Positions 41,012 to 49,936 of a stretch of DNA of 64,000 nucleotides are shown here, piece after piece (positions within the stretch are counted from its first letter, which is position 1; every line of letters starts with the position of its first letter). A program made the position numbers and the translations under genes. Source of the DNA: Anaerohalosphaeraceae bacterium. Lineage in GTDB: Bacteria; Planctomycetota; Phycisphaerae; Sedimentisphaerales; Anaerohalosphaeraceae. The stretch lies in contig CAXXSL010000016.1 of assembly GCA_963675525.2 (NCBI GenBank), positions 672,001 through 736,000 on the forward strand. Direction: 5' to 3'. Under the pieces are notes generated by a model. It did no database searches. It was not told the origin of the DNA and saw only the letters and a list, made by a program, of their open reading frames with translations.

Positions 41012-42169
41012 CTAAAATCCATATTCATAAGCCGCTTCGTACATGGCAACGATGTTTTCAGCGGGGACGCCGGCCTGGATGTTGTGGATGTTGTTGAAGA
41101 CATATCCGCCACCAGGTTTGAAAATTTCCAGATTTTGGCGGACGTGGTCCTTGACCTCAGCGGGCGAAACAAACGGCAAAACGTGCTGAGAGTCGATGCC
41201 GCCGCCCCAGAGGACAATTTTGTCGCCGAACTTGTCTTTGAGCATTCGGGGGTCCATCCCGTCGGCGCTTGTCTGGATGGGATTGAGAATATCGACGCCG
41301 TTGTCGATCAGCTCGGGGATGTAGACCGCACAGCCGCCGCAGGTGTGATACCATATCTTTGCATCCGTCAGCGACTTGATATGCTGGACCAGCGCTTTTT
41401 GTCGCGGCTTGACAATGGTCTTATAAAATGCCGGCTGGAATAACGGGCCGTCCTGACCGGCCAAATCGTCACCGATCATCACAACATCCACCAAGTCTCC
41501 GATTTGCTTCATGAAGCCGGTGTAATAATCCATCCAGTATTTCAGGGTCCGGTCCAGCAGCGCCTCGCAAAACGCCGGATTCTGTATCATATCCATAAAC
41601 CACTGCTCAAGTCCCCGCATGTACCAGCAGTATTCGTAAACCACCCCTCCAATGCCGGTGCAGATGGCATAGGGCGTATCGTTTCGCAGTTGCGCGACCT
41701 CCTTATGCAGGCCTTCGAAACGGGATGGGTCGGAGCCATCGGGAAACGGGTAGTCGTTAAGATCGTCGATGGAGGCTTCGGCGAGCGGATGATGCGAAAT
41801 GTCCATATACATCTGCTGATCGTCGGGCATGGACCAGACAACACCGAACTCATCAGTCAGATCGTGCCAGAGCCGCCCCGCTCGCTGGTTCTGTTTGATG
41901 GACCAGTCGAAGCCTTCGACGCCTTTGGAGCAGACGTAACGGGTATCAACATGGAACCGCTCAAGCACCACCTCACTGGGCTTAGCAAGCTGCTGGACGG
42001 CATCGAGAATGTGGATCTCCTCTTTGAGGCCAAGGTAATCGAGCAGGTCCTCGTAGGCCTTTTTATGGATGCCGGTCTGGAATCCGCCCAGGTCAATCGG
42101 CACGCGGTCGGGCTGTTGATGGTTTAAGGCCATGATGACCCGCTGGCGCGAGGTGATGATTTCTTTCAT
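41012..42169 (-). CDS. Uroporphyrinogen decarboxylase / MtaA-CmuA methyltransferase family protein
   Basis: TSRQRV...HQQPDRVPID, DEFGVVW, MRGLEQWFMD, GDDLAGQ, YHTCG, LNPIQ, WGGGID, HNIQAGVPAENI. Confidence 0.85.
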   Translation of the reverse strand: MKEIITSRQRVIMALNHQQPDRVPIDLGGFQTGIHKKAYEDLLDYLGLKEEIHILDAVQQLAKPSEVVLERFHVDTRYVCSKGVEGFDWSIKQNQRAGRLWHDLTDEFGVVWSMPDDQQMYMDISHHPLAEASIDDLNDYPFPDGSDPSRFEGLHKEVAQLRNDTPYAICTGIGGVVYEYCWYMRGLEQWFMDMIQNPAFCEALLDRTLKYWMDYYTGFMKQIGDLVDVVMIGDDLAGQDGPLFQPAFYKTIVKPRQKALVQHIKSLTDAKIWYHTCGGCAVYIPELIDNGVDILNPIQTSADGMDPRMLKDKFGDKIVLWGGGIDSQHVLPFVSPAEVKDHVRQNLEIFKPGGGYVFNNIHNIQAGVPAENIVAMYEAAYEYGF

Positions 42170-42208
42170 AGTCGTTCTCCTTTGCTCTACTGCGACAGAC
42201 GGGTTGAG

Positions 42209-43261
42209 CTATCTGTACTGTTCGATGTAACTGCCGTAACCAATAATAAAGGCTGACAAAATCAGGATGATAATCCCGGTGAAAACAACGGTCAGGATTT
42301 TTCGCCCCGCACCTTTCCATTCGTTAAAATAAAGGCCCCATATATTACTGAAGACAATGATAAAGGCCATATGGATACTCCAACTGGCAAAATCCAACGA
42401 GCGGCCGAGTTTGGTGGTTCCCATTCCGTAAAAGAAGAACTGGAGATACCACATAATGCCGCCGGCGAAAGCAAGGATATAGTTGACACTTAAAAAACAG
42501 TCGGGACTTTTTGTATAATAATCCTTAAAGGATTTGTTTTTTGCCCCCAGGAACAAACACCAAATCGCATTGGTGGTAAAACCACCGCCCATCGCGAAGA
42601 TAAAGACTGGGTTGTTCTGATACAATTCGCTCGTGCCGTACTGCACGGCGGTTTCGGCGATCGGCTTGCCCGCTTCCAATGCATATGCAAAACAGGCGCT
42701 CATGATGCCGGAAAAAACCGCAACCATCACCCCTTTGGTTAAAGCAAATTCTTTGATTGCTTTGGTTTTCTCATCGTCGCTGAGACGGCTTTCTTTCAAA
42801 TATCCGGCATACCCGCAAACGGAGATGCCCGCCAGACATATGGAAACGCCGATGAGCACCGCTAGCCCCGATGGCGTTGTGACCAAATTTGAAGCATTGC
42901 CCGCATAAATCGGAGGAATCAGCGTCCCGAACATGGTACAAAAGCCCAACGCCAATGAATATCCCAGCGAGATGCCCAGATAACGCATGCTCAGACCGAA
43001 AGTCAGGCCGCCAACGCCCCACAGCACACCAAACAGATAACAGTATAACATGCTGGACGGGGGGCTTTGCCTGATGATCTGCCAGACGTCCGGGCAGAAA
43101 ATCAATGCTCCGATGATGGGAGCCAAAATCCATGAAGCAAAGCCCTGTGTGAGCCAATAGGTTTCCCAAGACCACTGTTTTACCTTCTTGTATGGAATAT
43201 AGAAGCTTCCGGCGGCAAACCCTCCTAACGCATGAAACAATATTCCAAATAAGGCATTCAT
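42209..43261 (-). CDS. rhaT: L-rhamnose/proton symporter
   Basis: GSFYIPYKKVKQWSWE, WGVGGLTFGLSMRYLG, MWYLQFFFYGMG, SWSIHM. Confidence 0.95.
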   Translation of the reverse strand: MNALFGILFHALGGFAAGSFYIPYKKVKQWSWETYWLTQGFASWILAPIIGALIFCPDVWQIIRQSPPSSMLYCYLFGVLWGVGGLTFGLSMRYLGISLGYSLALGFCTMFGTLIPPIYAGNASNLVTTPSGLAVLIGVSICLAGISVCGYAGYLKESRLSDDEKTKAIKEFALTKGVMVAVFSGIMSACFAYALEAGKPIAETAVQYGTSELYQNNPVFIFAMGGGFTTNAIWCLFLGAKNKSFKDYYTKSPDCFLSVNYILAFAGGIMWYLQFFFYGMGTTKLGRSLDFASWSIHMAFIIVFSNIWGLYFNEWKGAGRKILTVVFTGIIILILSAFIIGYGSYIEQYR

Positions 43262-43750
43262 TTAGTTGGCTTTCGTTTTAAATTAATTATTCTATCTCTC
43301 TTGTCCAAGATAAATATTTGAAAAGTAAATAAAATGCATTTCCAGAATAGTATCTATTATTTTTGCCGCAAAACAAAAACCTCAATCCGGAGAACGATTT
43401 ATGATAAAGGTTGGCAGTTTATTTGTGCAAGCACTTTTTTTTGATAAATCGCCATGATTATACCCGTACGTTTCGACAATAGGATGCTAAAGGGAGCGCC
43501 AGGGGCTTTCACTGCCGGGATCAGCGGTTAGCGTATGTGTCCGGCTGCTGATGCCGGCGGCTCTGATCGGTGTCGGGAAGGGTAAACAAATCGGCTATCA
43601 ATACGTATAAGTAAATTCCCGGATGACAATCGTATGATCGCATTTGGGTTGCGGAAAGATAACCGCTTTGAAAATATACAGTTAGCCGAAAACGGCTGCT
43701 TTGCTTTAGGATTAAAAACTGCTTAAGTGCAGTGGGAAATGGGCCGATTT

Positions 43751-44599
43751 ATGGATGGTAAGCTTAAAAATGAGACTGCTAAGCCCGTCGATGCGAATAT
43801 GAAGATACAATACGTGATTTCAACTATGGTTTTCTGGTGGCGCGAGCACCACCTGTCGTTCGAGCAGGAGTGCGAGTACCTGCGGAGCCTGGGGTTCGGT
43901 GTGGAGATCTGGCCGACGATGAAAGGGAGCATGGAATGCCGCTTTGCACGGCGCAACTGGTCCCGGCTGAAAGAAGCCACCGAGGGCATGACCGTCGCCC
44001 TGCACAGTCGGTGCGACGGGCCGACGCTGGCCGAATGGGACGAACAACTGCAATGCGCCCGGGAACTTGGCGCGGTGATGGTGACGGACCTGAGCAGCCT
44101 GTGCATTTCCCAAAAGTTCAAAATGGCCGACTGGGAATTTGTCGAAGACGTTGTCGCCCTGGCCGACAAATACGGCGTGACACTCTGCGTCGAAAACGGC
44201 AGTCTGGACCTGCTGCTGGAGTTGGGGAACAAGTTTGACTCAATTCGCTACTGCTTCGACTCCGGCCATGCGCGCCTGGACACCGAACATACATTCAGGG
44301 AATTCGTGGACGCCCTTGGCCAACGGATCGCCTATGTGCATCTGACGGATAACTACGGCGATTTTGACGACCATGAACCGCCGGGAGTACGCGGCGGTAT
44401 CGACAAGGAATGCTGGGATTACCTGCTGAATCGTCTGCAAAAATTCGACAACAATGTTATCGCCTGTCTGCAGATGATCCCCACCATGCCGGGGACGATG
44501 ATCCGCCACAGCAGCCAGTTTTTGTTTGACGTGATGGGCTGGCCCAACCGGCCCCAACGTCAGCCGGACTACGACGAATACCACTACCGGCCGCTATAA
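43751..44599 (+). CDS. Sugar phosphate isomerase/epimerase (AP-endonuclease-2 TIM barrel) family protein
   Basis: LCVENG, CFDSGH, VHLTDNYGDFDDHEPPG. Start uncertain (43727, 43751 or 43799). Confidence 0.75.
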   Translation: MDGKLKNETAKPVDANMKIQYVISTMVFWWREHHLSFEQECEYLRSLGFGVEIWPTMKGSMECRFARRNWSRLKEATEGMTVALHSRCDGPTLAEWDEQLQCARELGAVMVTDLSSLCISQKFKMADWEFVEDVVALADKYGVTLCVENGSLDLLLELGNKFDSIRYCFDSGHARLDTEHTFREFVDALGQRIAYVHLTDNYGDFDDHEPPGVRGGIDKECWDYLLNRLQKFDNNVIACLQMIPTMPGTMIRHSSQFLFDVMGWPNRPQRQPDYDEYHYRPL

Positions 44600-44637
44600 A
44601 CAGCATCTCTGTATAACGGCAGTTAATCAAATCATGT

Positions 44638-47061
44638 TCATTTCGCCTTCAGCGTTACCTTTGCCGATTCCAGACCTTCAGCGTTTGCGGTAATGGTAAT
44701 GGTGCCGGGTTTGCCGTGCTGCGTGCGGATGATCGCCAGTCCGCGTCCCTGCCAGGCGTTATGCGAGGCGCCCTGATGTGACTGGTGCCCTCTGGGATTG
44801 CCGTTGCCGATGCCGATAAGTTCGGCCGGGCCGGTGACCGTAAAGGTGATCAGGTTTTCCGCATTGGGTACGCGAACGCTGTTTTCGTCGGTGATGTAAA
44901 ACTCCAGAGCGGCGACGTCCTTGCCGTCGGCAGTGAGTGTTTTTGTATCGGGTACAAGCTGGATCTTTTTCGCTTCGCCGGTGGTTTGCAGACGATATTC
45001 GCAAACGGTTATGCCGCCGCGTTTACCGACCGCAGTCAGGGTACCCTCTTCAAACGGTACCTCCCACGAAAGCATTCCGCGGCGCGCTTCGGATATCGGC
45101 TTGCTACCCAGCGAGGCGCCGTTGAGAAACAGTTCGACTTCGTCGCAGTTGGTATAGCAGAACACGGATACTTCAGCGCCATCCGGTGCGTTCCAGCCCG
45201 GCACGATGTTGCGTCTGCTGCGGCGGCGGCGACCGCCCTGTTCTTCTGATGAACTGCGGATCCAGGCGCCGAGATACACCATCGGCTTGTCGGACCAGAG
45301 GCTTTGACGGAACCACCCCGTAGGTTTTTTGAAGCCGCACAGGTCGAATAATGCGTTGGTCCAGCTTCGTACGGGCCAGCCGGGGGACTCGCCGATATAA
45401 TCAATGCCGGTCCAGAGGAACTGGCCGGAGATGTAGTCGTTGTCTTCGACCGCCTGCCATGCTTCCAATGACATGCCGTTCTCGCTGCCTATCATCAGAC
45501 GGTTGGGGTATTTTTGATGGTCCTCGGCGTAATATTGCTCCTGATAGTTGTAGCCCGCTACGTCCAGCACATCGGCAAATCCAACGGCGTTCGAGACGGG
45601 AGCATTGGCCAGGGCCGCGGTGACGGGACGCGTGATGTCAATCTCTTTGACGGCGGCGACGAGCATTTTTCCATACTTGGTTAGATTTTCGGCCGGGGGC
45701 TGGTCGGGTTTATACTCATCGCCCATCGACGGGTGTGAGAAGGGGTCGTTGGCATAATCGATCTCGTTGCCGATGCTCCACAGGATGATGCTTGGGTGGT
45801 TGCGGTCGCGGCGGACCATGTCCTGAATGTCGCGGACGGCCCATTCCTCGAAGACGTCGCCGTAGCCGGCGTAGCTGGGAACGTCAACGTTTCGACCCTT
45901 GACCCATTTTTTCTTGGGCGGGGTGAATTCATCGAAGGCCTCGTCCATCACAAGGAAACCCATTTCGTCGCACAGGTCCAGGAATTCGGGTGCAGGCGGA
46001 TTGTGACTGCAGCGGATGGCGTTACAGCCGATGGCTTTGAGCTTTTCAAATCGCAGCTTCCATATCTTCTCCGGCACTGCGGCCCCGAGAGGGCCGGCAT
46101 CGTGATGCAGGCAGACGCCCTTGAGTTTCATGTTCTCGCCGTTGAGGAAAAAGCCCTTGTCCGGATCGAACCGGAATTGGCGAATGCCGAATCGGGTCAC
46201 GGTTTCGTCAATCACTTTGTTGTCGGCCATGATTTTGCTTTCGAGGGTATAGAGTGTGGGTGAATCCGGTGACCAGCGTTTGGGATTCGACACCGGGATT
46301 GTTTGCGTAACAACCGCCGTTGTTCCGGCGACAATCGATTCTGTGCTTTGAACCGTGTTGACTACCTTGCCGCGATCGTCCAGCACATACAGGCACAGGG
46401 TAAAATTCTTCGCTCTGTCGGCGGCGTTTTTAACCGTTGTTTCGACCTGCACCTCGGCAATGTCCTTTTTGGCAATCGGGGTGGTAACGAACGTGCCCCA
46501 GTGGTCGATATGCAGGGGGTTGGTAACACGCAGGCGGACGTGGCGATAGATGCCGGAGCCGGTGTACCAGCGGGAATCGGCGAACTGGCTGTGGTCGACG
46601 CGCACGGCGAGCACGTTTTCGGTACCCCCGAAGATCAGCTGCGACGTCAGGTCGTATTGAAAGCTGATATAGCCGAAGGGCCGCTTGCCGAGATAGATGC
46701 CGTTGATCCAGACCTCGGCATTGTTATAGACACCGTCGAACTCGACGGCGACCTGTTTGCCGCGGAGAGACCTGTCCAGTTTAAAGGTTTTGCGATACCA
46801 GCCGATGCCGCCGGGCAGATAGCCGGTGCCGCTGGCGTATTCGTCGCTGTAAGGGCCTTCGATGCTCCAGTCGTGCGGGACCTGTACGGTTCGCCAGCTG
46901 TCGTCGTTAAAGTCGCGTGCCTGTGCGCCAGCCACATCGTCTTTGATGAACTTCCAATCAAAATCGAAATCCCGAACCTCTCTGGAAGAAGCTATCGTAC
47001 AGCCGGATTGAATCAGTAGACAAAAACAGGTCGAAATGCTTATTATTGTTTTTTTTAACAT
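44638..47061 (-). CDS. Glycoside hydrolase family 2 (beta-galactosidase-like), predicted lipoprotein
   Basis: VPHDWSIE, GGIGWYRK, SRWYTGSGIYR, GVCLHHD, DRNHPSIILWSIGNE, FLWTGIDYIGE. Confidence 0.93.
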   Translation of the reverse strand: MLKKTIISISTCFCLLIQSGCTIASSREVRDFDFDWKFIKDDVAGAQARDFNDDSWRTVQVPHDWSIEGPYSDEYASGTGYLPGGIGWYRKTFKLDRSLRGKQVAVEFDGVYNNAEVWINGIYLGKRPFGYISFQYDLTSQLIFGGTENVLAVRVDHSQFADSRWYTGSGIYRHVRLRVTNPLHIDHWGTFVTTPIAKKDIAEVQVETTVKNAADRAKNFTLCLYVLDDRGKVVNTVQSTESIVAGTTAVVTQTIPVSNPKRWSPDSPTLYTLESKIMADNKVIDETVTRFGIRQFRFDPDKGFFLNGENMKLKGVCLHHDAGPLGAAVPEKIWKLRFEKLKAIGCNAIRCSHNPPAPEFLDLCDEMGFLVMDEAFDEFTPPKKKWVKGRNVDVPSYAGYGDVFEEWAVRDIQDMVRRDRNHPSIILWSIGNEIDYANDPFSHPSMGDEYKPDQPPAENLTKYGKMLVAAVKEIDITRPVTAALANAPVSNAVGFADVLDVAGYNYQEQYYAEDHQKYPNRLMIGSENGMSLEAWQAVEDNDYISGQFLWTGIDYIGESPGWPVRSWTNALFDLCGFKKPTGWFRQSLWSDKPMVYLGAWIRSSSEEQGGRRRRSRRNIVPGWNAPDGAEVSVFCYTNCDEVELFLNGASLGSKPISEARRGMLSWEVPFEEGTLTAVGKRGGITVCEYRLQTTGEAKKIQLVPDTKTLTADGKDVAALEFYITDENSVRVPNAENLITFTVTGPAELIGIGNGNPRGHQSHQGASHNAWQGRGLAIIRTQHGKPGTITITANAEGLESAKVTLKAK

Positions 47062-47222
47062 CCTTTAATCTCCCTTCAAATCGTTTGCCTTTGTGACTGC
47101 TTGTCGGAGATGCCGCCTCCGACGTTTATGGATATAACGAATGATAACGCGTATTGATTGCATTGAAAAGCAAGGATTCTGAAGTTTGTCTATATAAGTG
47201 TGTACCCTTAGAAGGTCTTCGA

Positions 47223-48329
47223 TCAACCCTGATGAATCGGAATGGCGACAGTAAAAATGGAGCCTTCGCCGGGGAGACTTTGGACATCGATCGTGCCGTG
47301 GTGCATCTGGACGATCTTCTTGGCAATCGAAAGGCCCAGACCGGTTCCGACATGCGGTTTTTCGGAATGGAACGGCTCAAAGATCGCGCGGACATCCTCG
47401 ATCCCCTTGCCGTTATCGCTGACGCGCAAGATCATCCGGCCGGCCTGATCGTCGCGTTCGGTATAGATGGTCACCTGTCCGGTTTGCTGCGGAACCGCCT
47501 CGATGGCGTTAAGTACCAGATTCATCACGACATCCTGCATCTGATCGGGATCGACGGACACCAGTCCCAGATGTTCATCGGCTTGTATCGTCATCGCCAC
47601 CTGCCGCTGATCGGCCTGCGAACGGAGCGTCTGAACAACGGTTTCCACAAGCCGATTGATCTGGCAGGGTTGCGGGCGGGGTTTTTCGTCTTTGCTGAAT
47701 TTGAGCATGTCCAGCACCAGCTTCTGGATCTTATCCAGATTTCGCTTGAGAATATTCCATGCCTTTTTAGCCTGGTCTATATCATGCTGACCGAACGCGT
47801 CGTCCATTACATCCTGTCCGGAACGAACCGCCTGCAGAACGTTTTTAATGCCGTGCGACAGATTCAATGCGGCCTGTCCGGCCTGCATCACGCGCTGGCG
47901 CTGCTGGACCGTCTGCTTGGACTGGAGCGAATCAAATGCCACCGCGACCATGGTTTCGCCGGGATCAAAAACAAGCTCGATCTGGCCGGCCTGGGCGTCA
48001 TCGCCTGCCGGTTTGAGCAGGTGGTGTTCTTCGTCGGCTTCAAACAGCAACACCGTTGAACCACAGCGAATCTGGTCGCCCTGTTTGAGCAGCATGATTT
48101 CGCTGACGCGCATTTCGTTGATAAACGTTCCGTTCGATGAATCCATATCGCGGATAGCCCATTGACCATCACGAAATGAAAATTCCGCGTGACGGCGTGA
48201 AATGGCGTTGTCGGGAATACGAATGTCGACTTTTTCCGTACCGCGTCCGATGACTTTCGCCCAGCCGCCCTTTTCAAGTTCAAAGGTCTGACTTCGCAGT
48301 GGTCCGGTGATTATTTTTAATGCAGCCAT
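47223..48329 (-). CDS. FHA domain + histidine kinase
   Basis: FHA IGRG...ISRRHA...DMDSSNGTFIN; H-box SHGIKNVL; NLVLNAIEA, DNGKG, GTGLGL. Confidence 0.9.
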   Translation of the reverse strand: MAALKIITGPLRSQTFELEKGGWAKVIGRGTEKVDIRIPDNAISRRHAEFSFRDGQWAIRDMDSSNGTFINEMRVSEIMLLKQGDQIRCGSTVLLFEADEEHHLLKPAGDDAQAGQIELVFDPGETMVAVAFDSLQSKQTVQQRQRVMQAGQAALNLSHGIKNVLQAVRSGQDVMDDAFGQHDIDQAKKAWNILKRNLDKIQKLVLDMLKFSKDEKPRPQPCQINRLVETVVQTLRSQADQRQVAMTIQADEHLGLVSVDPDQMQDVVMNLVLNAIEAVPQQTGQVTIYTERDDQAGRMILRVSDNGKGIEDVRAIFEPFHSEKPHVGTGLGLSIAKKIVQMHHGTIDVQSLPGEGSIFTVAIPIHQG

Positions 48330-48376
48330 TCAATTTATCCGGAATTACTTAGAATTTTCTAACACTCTCAAAATCT

Positions 48377-48404
48377 CTGGATTCCCGCCTTCGCGGGAAT
48401 GACA
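48377..48404 (+). repeat. dRS3/REP-like palindrome ctggATTCCC-N8-GGGAATgaca, copy 1
   Basis: Matches the reverse complement of 53850-53877 at 27 of 28 positions. Confidence 0.75.
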
Positions 48405-48427
48405 AACAAGCTAAGTTTTACAACACT

Positions 48428-49822
48428 CTATTTTCCGATACAAAACCGTGAAAAAATACCATCTAAAACGGTTTCGCTGATATTTTCCCTCTCCAGTCCC
48501 CCGAGCCGTTCATACGCCTGCCGCAACAGCATCGCGGCGATCTCGTTTGAACCCGACCTGATTTCATCGACCGATTCGGCCAATAACTTAACCGCTTCGT
48601 TCAGTCTTTGTTCATGCCGCTGGTTGATCGTCAGGCGATCCTGATGGTCCCGGTCGCCGGTGCTTAACGCGGTTAGCATATCCTGAATTCGATATTTTAT
48701 CGTTTCCATGCCACTTCCAGATCGCGAACTGACCGGTAAAAAGGAGCTGCCAAACTGTTCGCACAAATCGGCCAGCCGTTCGGAAACCTGTTGGGCCGAA
48801 AGCAAGTCAGCTTTGGTCGCAACATAGATGATGGATTCGGAGGTGATCCGGCTGCTCATTTCAAGGTCGGCGGCCAGATGGGTCCGTGTCAGATCCACGC
48901 AAAACAAGATGACTGCCGCTTTGTTGAGTGCCGTCAGGGACGCCTGATGCGAGAGCTGGTCGATCAATGACATCTGCTGCTGTGGCATCAGCAATCCGGC
49001 GCAATCGAACAGCACGCAGTCGGTGTGCTCAAGTTTGAGAATGCCGGTCAGAATATCGCGTGTGGTGGCCTCGGTTTCGGAAACAATGCTGCGAGACTGG
49101 CCCAGCAGCGCATTGAGCAGGCTGCTCTTGCCGGCGTTGGGTGTGCCAGCCAGCCCCACCGAATCCAGATCGATCAATCGTTCACAGCGAATGCTGCCTT
49201 CGAGCAGGTCGGTCAGTTGTTCGGCAAGCTGGCTTATTTTTTTCTCGGCGGCTTTTGCCGATACAAACACGATGTCTTCTTCGGAAAAATCCAGCGCCGC
49301 TTCAAGGTTGCCGATCAAGTCAATGATCTCGCCGCGCAAATCCGCGATCACATTTGAAAACCGTCCGTGCAGCAGCCGTTCGGCGGCGGCTAATTGAGCC
49401 GTATTCGCTGACGAAACGATCTCGGCCACCGCCTCGGCCTGCGTCAGGTCGATCCGGCCGTTTAGAAAGGCGCGTTGGGTAAACTCCCCCGGCCCTGCGG
49501 GACGAGCATACTCGTAAATCTTTTTCAGGACCGCCGCAACGACTTCGCTGCACACATCCAGATGCAGCTCGGCCAGGTCCTGGCCGGTATAAGAAGCGGG
49601 CTGACGAAACACATACAGCCATCCGTCCACCGACAGTTCAGCGTCCACACGAACGGAGCAGGGAACAACCGTGTTCTTTTCGATCGGCTTGTGCGGGATC
49701 ACGAATTGCGAAAGCACCCGGTAGGTATCCGGCCCGGATATACGAATGATACTGCGGCCCGCGGTACACACCGGAACTGAAGCACTGCTGACCGCTGCGA
49801 TCGTATCATCCATATTCAGCAT
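48428..49822 (-). CDS. mnmE: tRNA modification GTPase MnmE (TrmE)
   Basis: DTIAA, SYTGQD, PGEFTQRAFLNGRIDLTQAE, GTPNAGKSS, TTRD, FSRFCIGK. Confidence 0.95.
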   Translation of the reverse strand: MLNMDDTIAAVSSASVPVCTAGRSIIRISGPDTYRVLSQFVIPHKPIEKNTVVPCSVRVDAELSVDGWLYVFRQPASYTGQDLAELHLDVCSEVVAAVLKKIYEYARPAGPGEFTQRAFLNGRIDLTQAEAVAEIVSSANTAQLAAAERLLHGRFSNVIADLRGEIIDLIGNLEAALDFSEEDIVFVSAKAAEKKISQLAEQLTDLLEGSIRCERLIDLDSVGLAGTPNAGKSSLLNALLGQSRSIVSETEATTRDILTGILKLEHTDCVLFDCAGLLMPQQQMSLIDQLSHQASLTALNKAAVILFCVDLTRTHLAADLEMSSRITSESIIYVATKADLLSAQQVSERLADLCEQFGSSFLPVSSRSGSGMETIKYRIQDMLTALSTGDRDHQDRLTINQRHEQRLNEAVKLLAESVDEIRSGSNEIAAMLLRQAYERLGGLERENISETVLDGIFSRFCIGK

Positions 49823-49842
49823 CGTTATCCATTGAAAAAAAA

Positions 49843-49911
49843 CCACAGAGATCACAGAGGACTGGAGAGAAGTTTGTTATTTAATCTCCGTGAACTCTGT
49901 GCCCTCTGTGG
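49843..49911. repeat. Inverted repeat of cacagag units between yidC and mnmE
   Basis: ccacagag-atcacagag...ctctgtg-ccctctgtgg. Confidence 0.6.
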
Positions 49912-49936
49912 CAAAATTTACATCCTAAAATTATTA

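Noticed and set aside
43510..43562. GC-rich hairpin between rhaT and the TIM-barrel gene as a riboswitch
   Set aside because: No recognisable riboswitch consensus; a single imperfect stem only.
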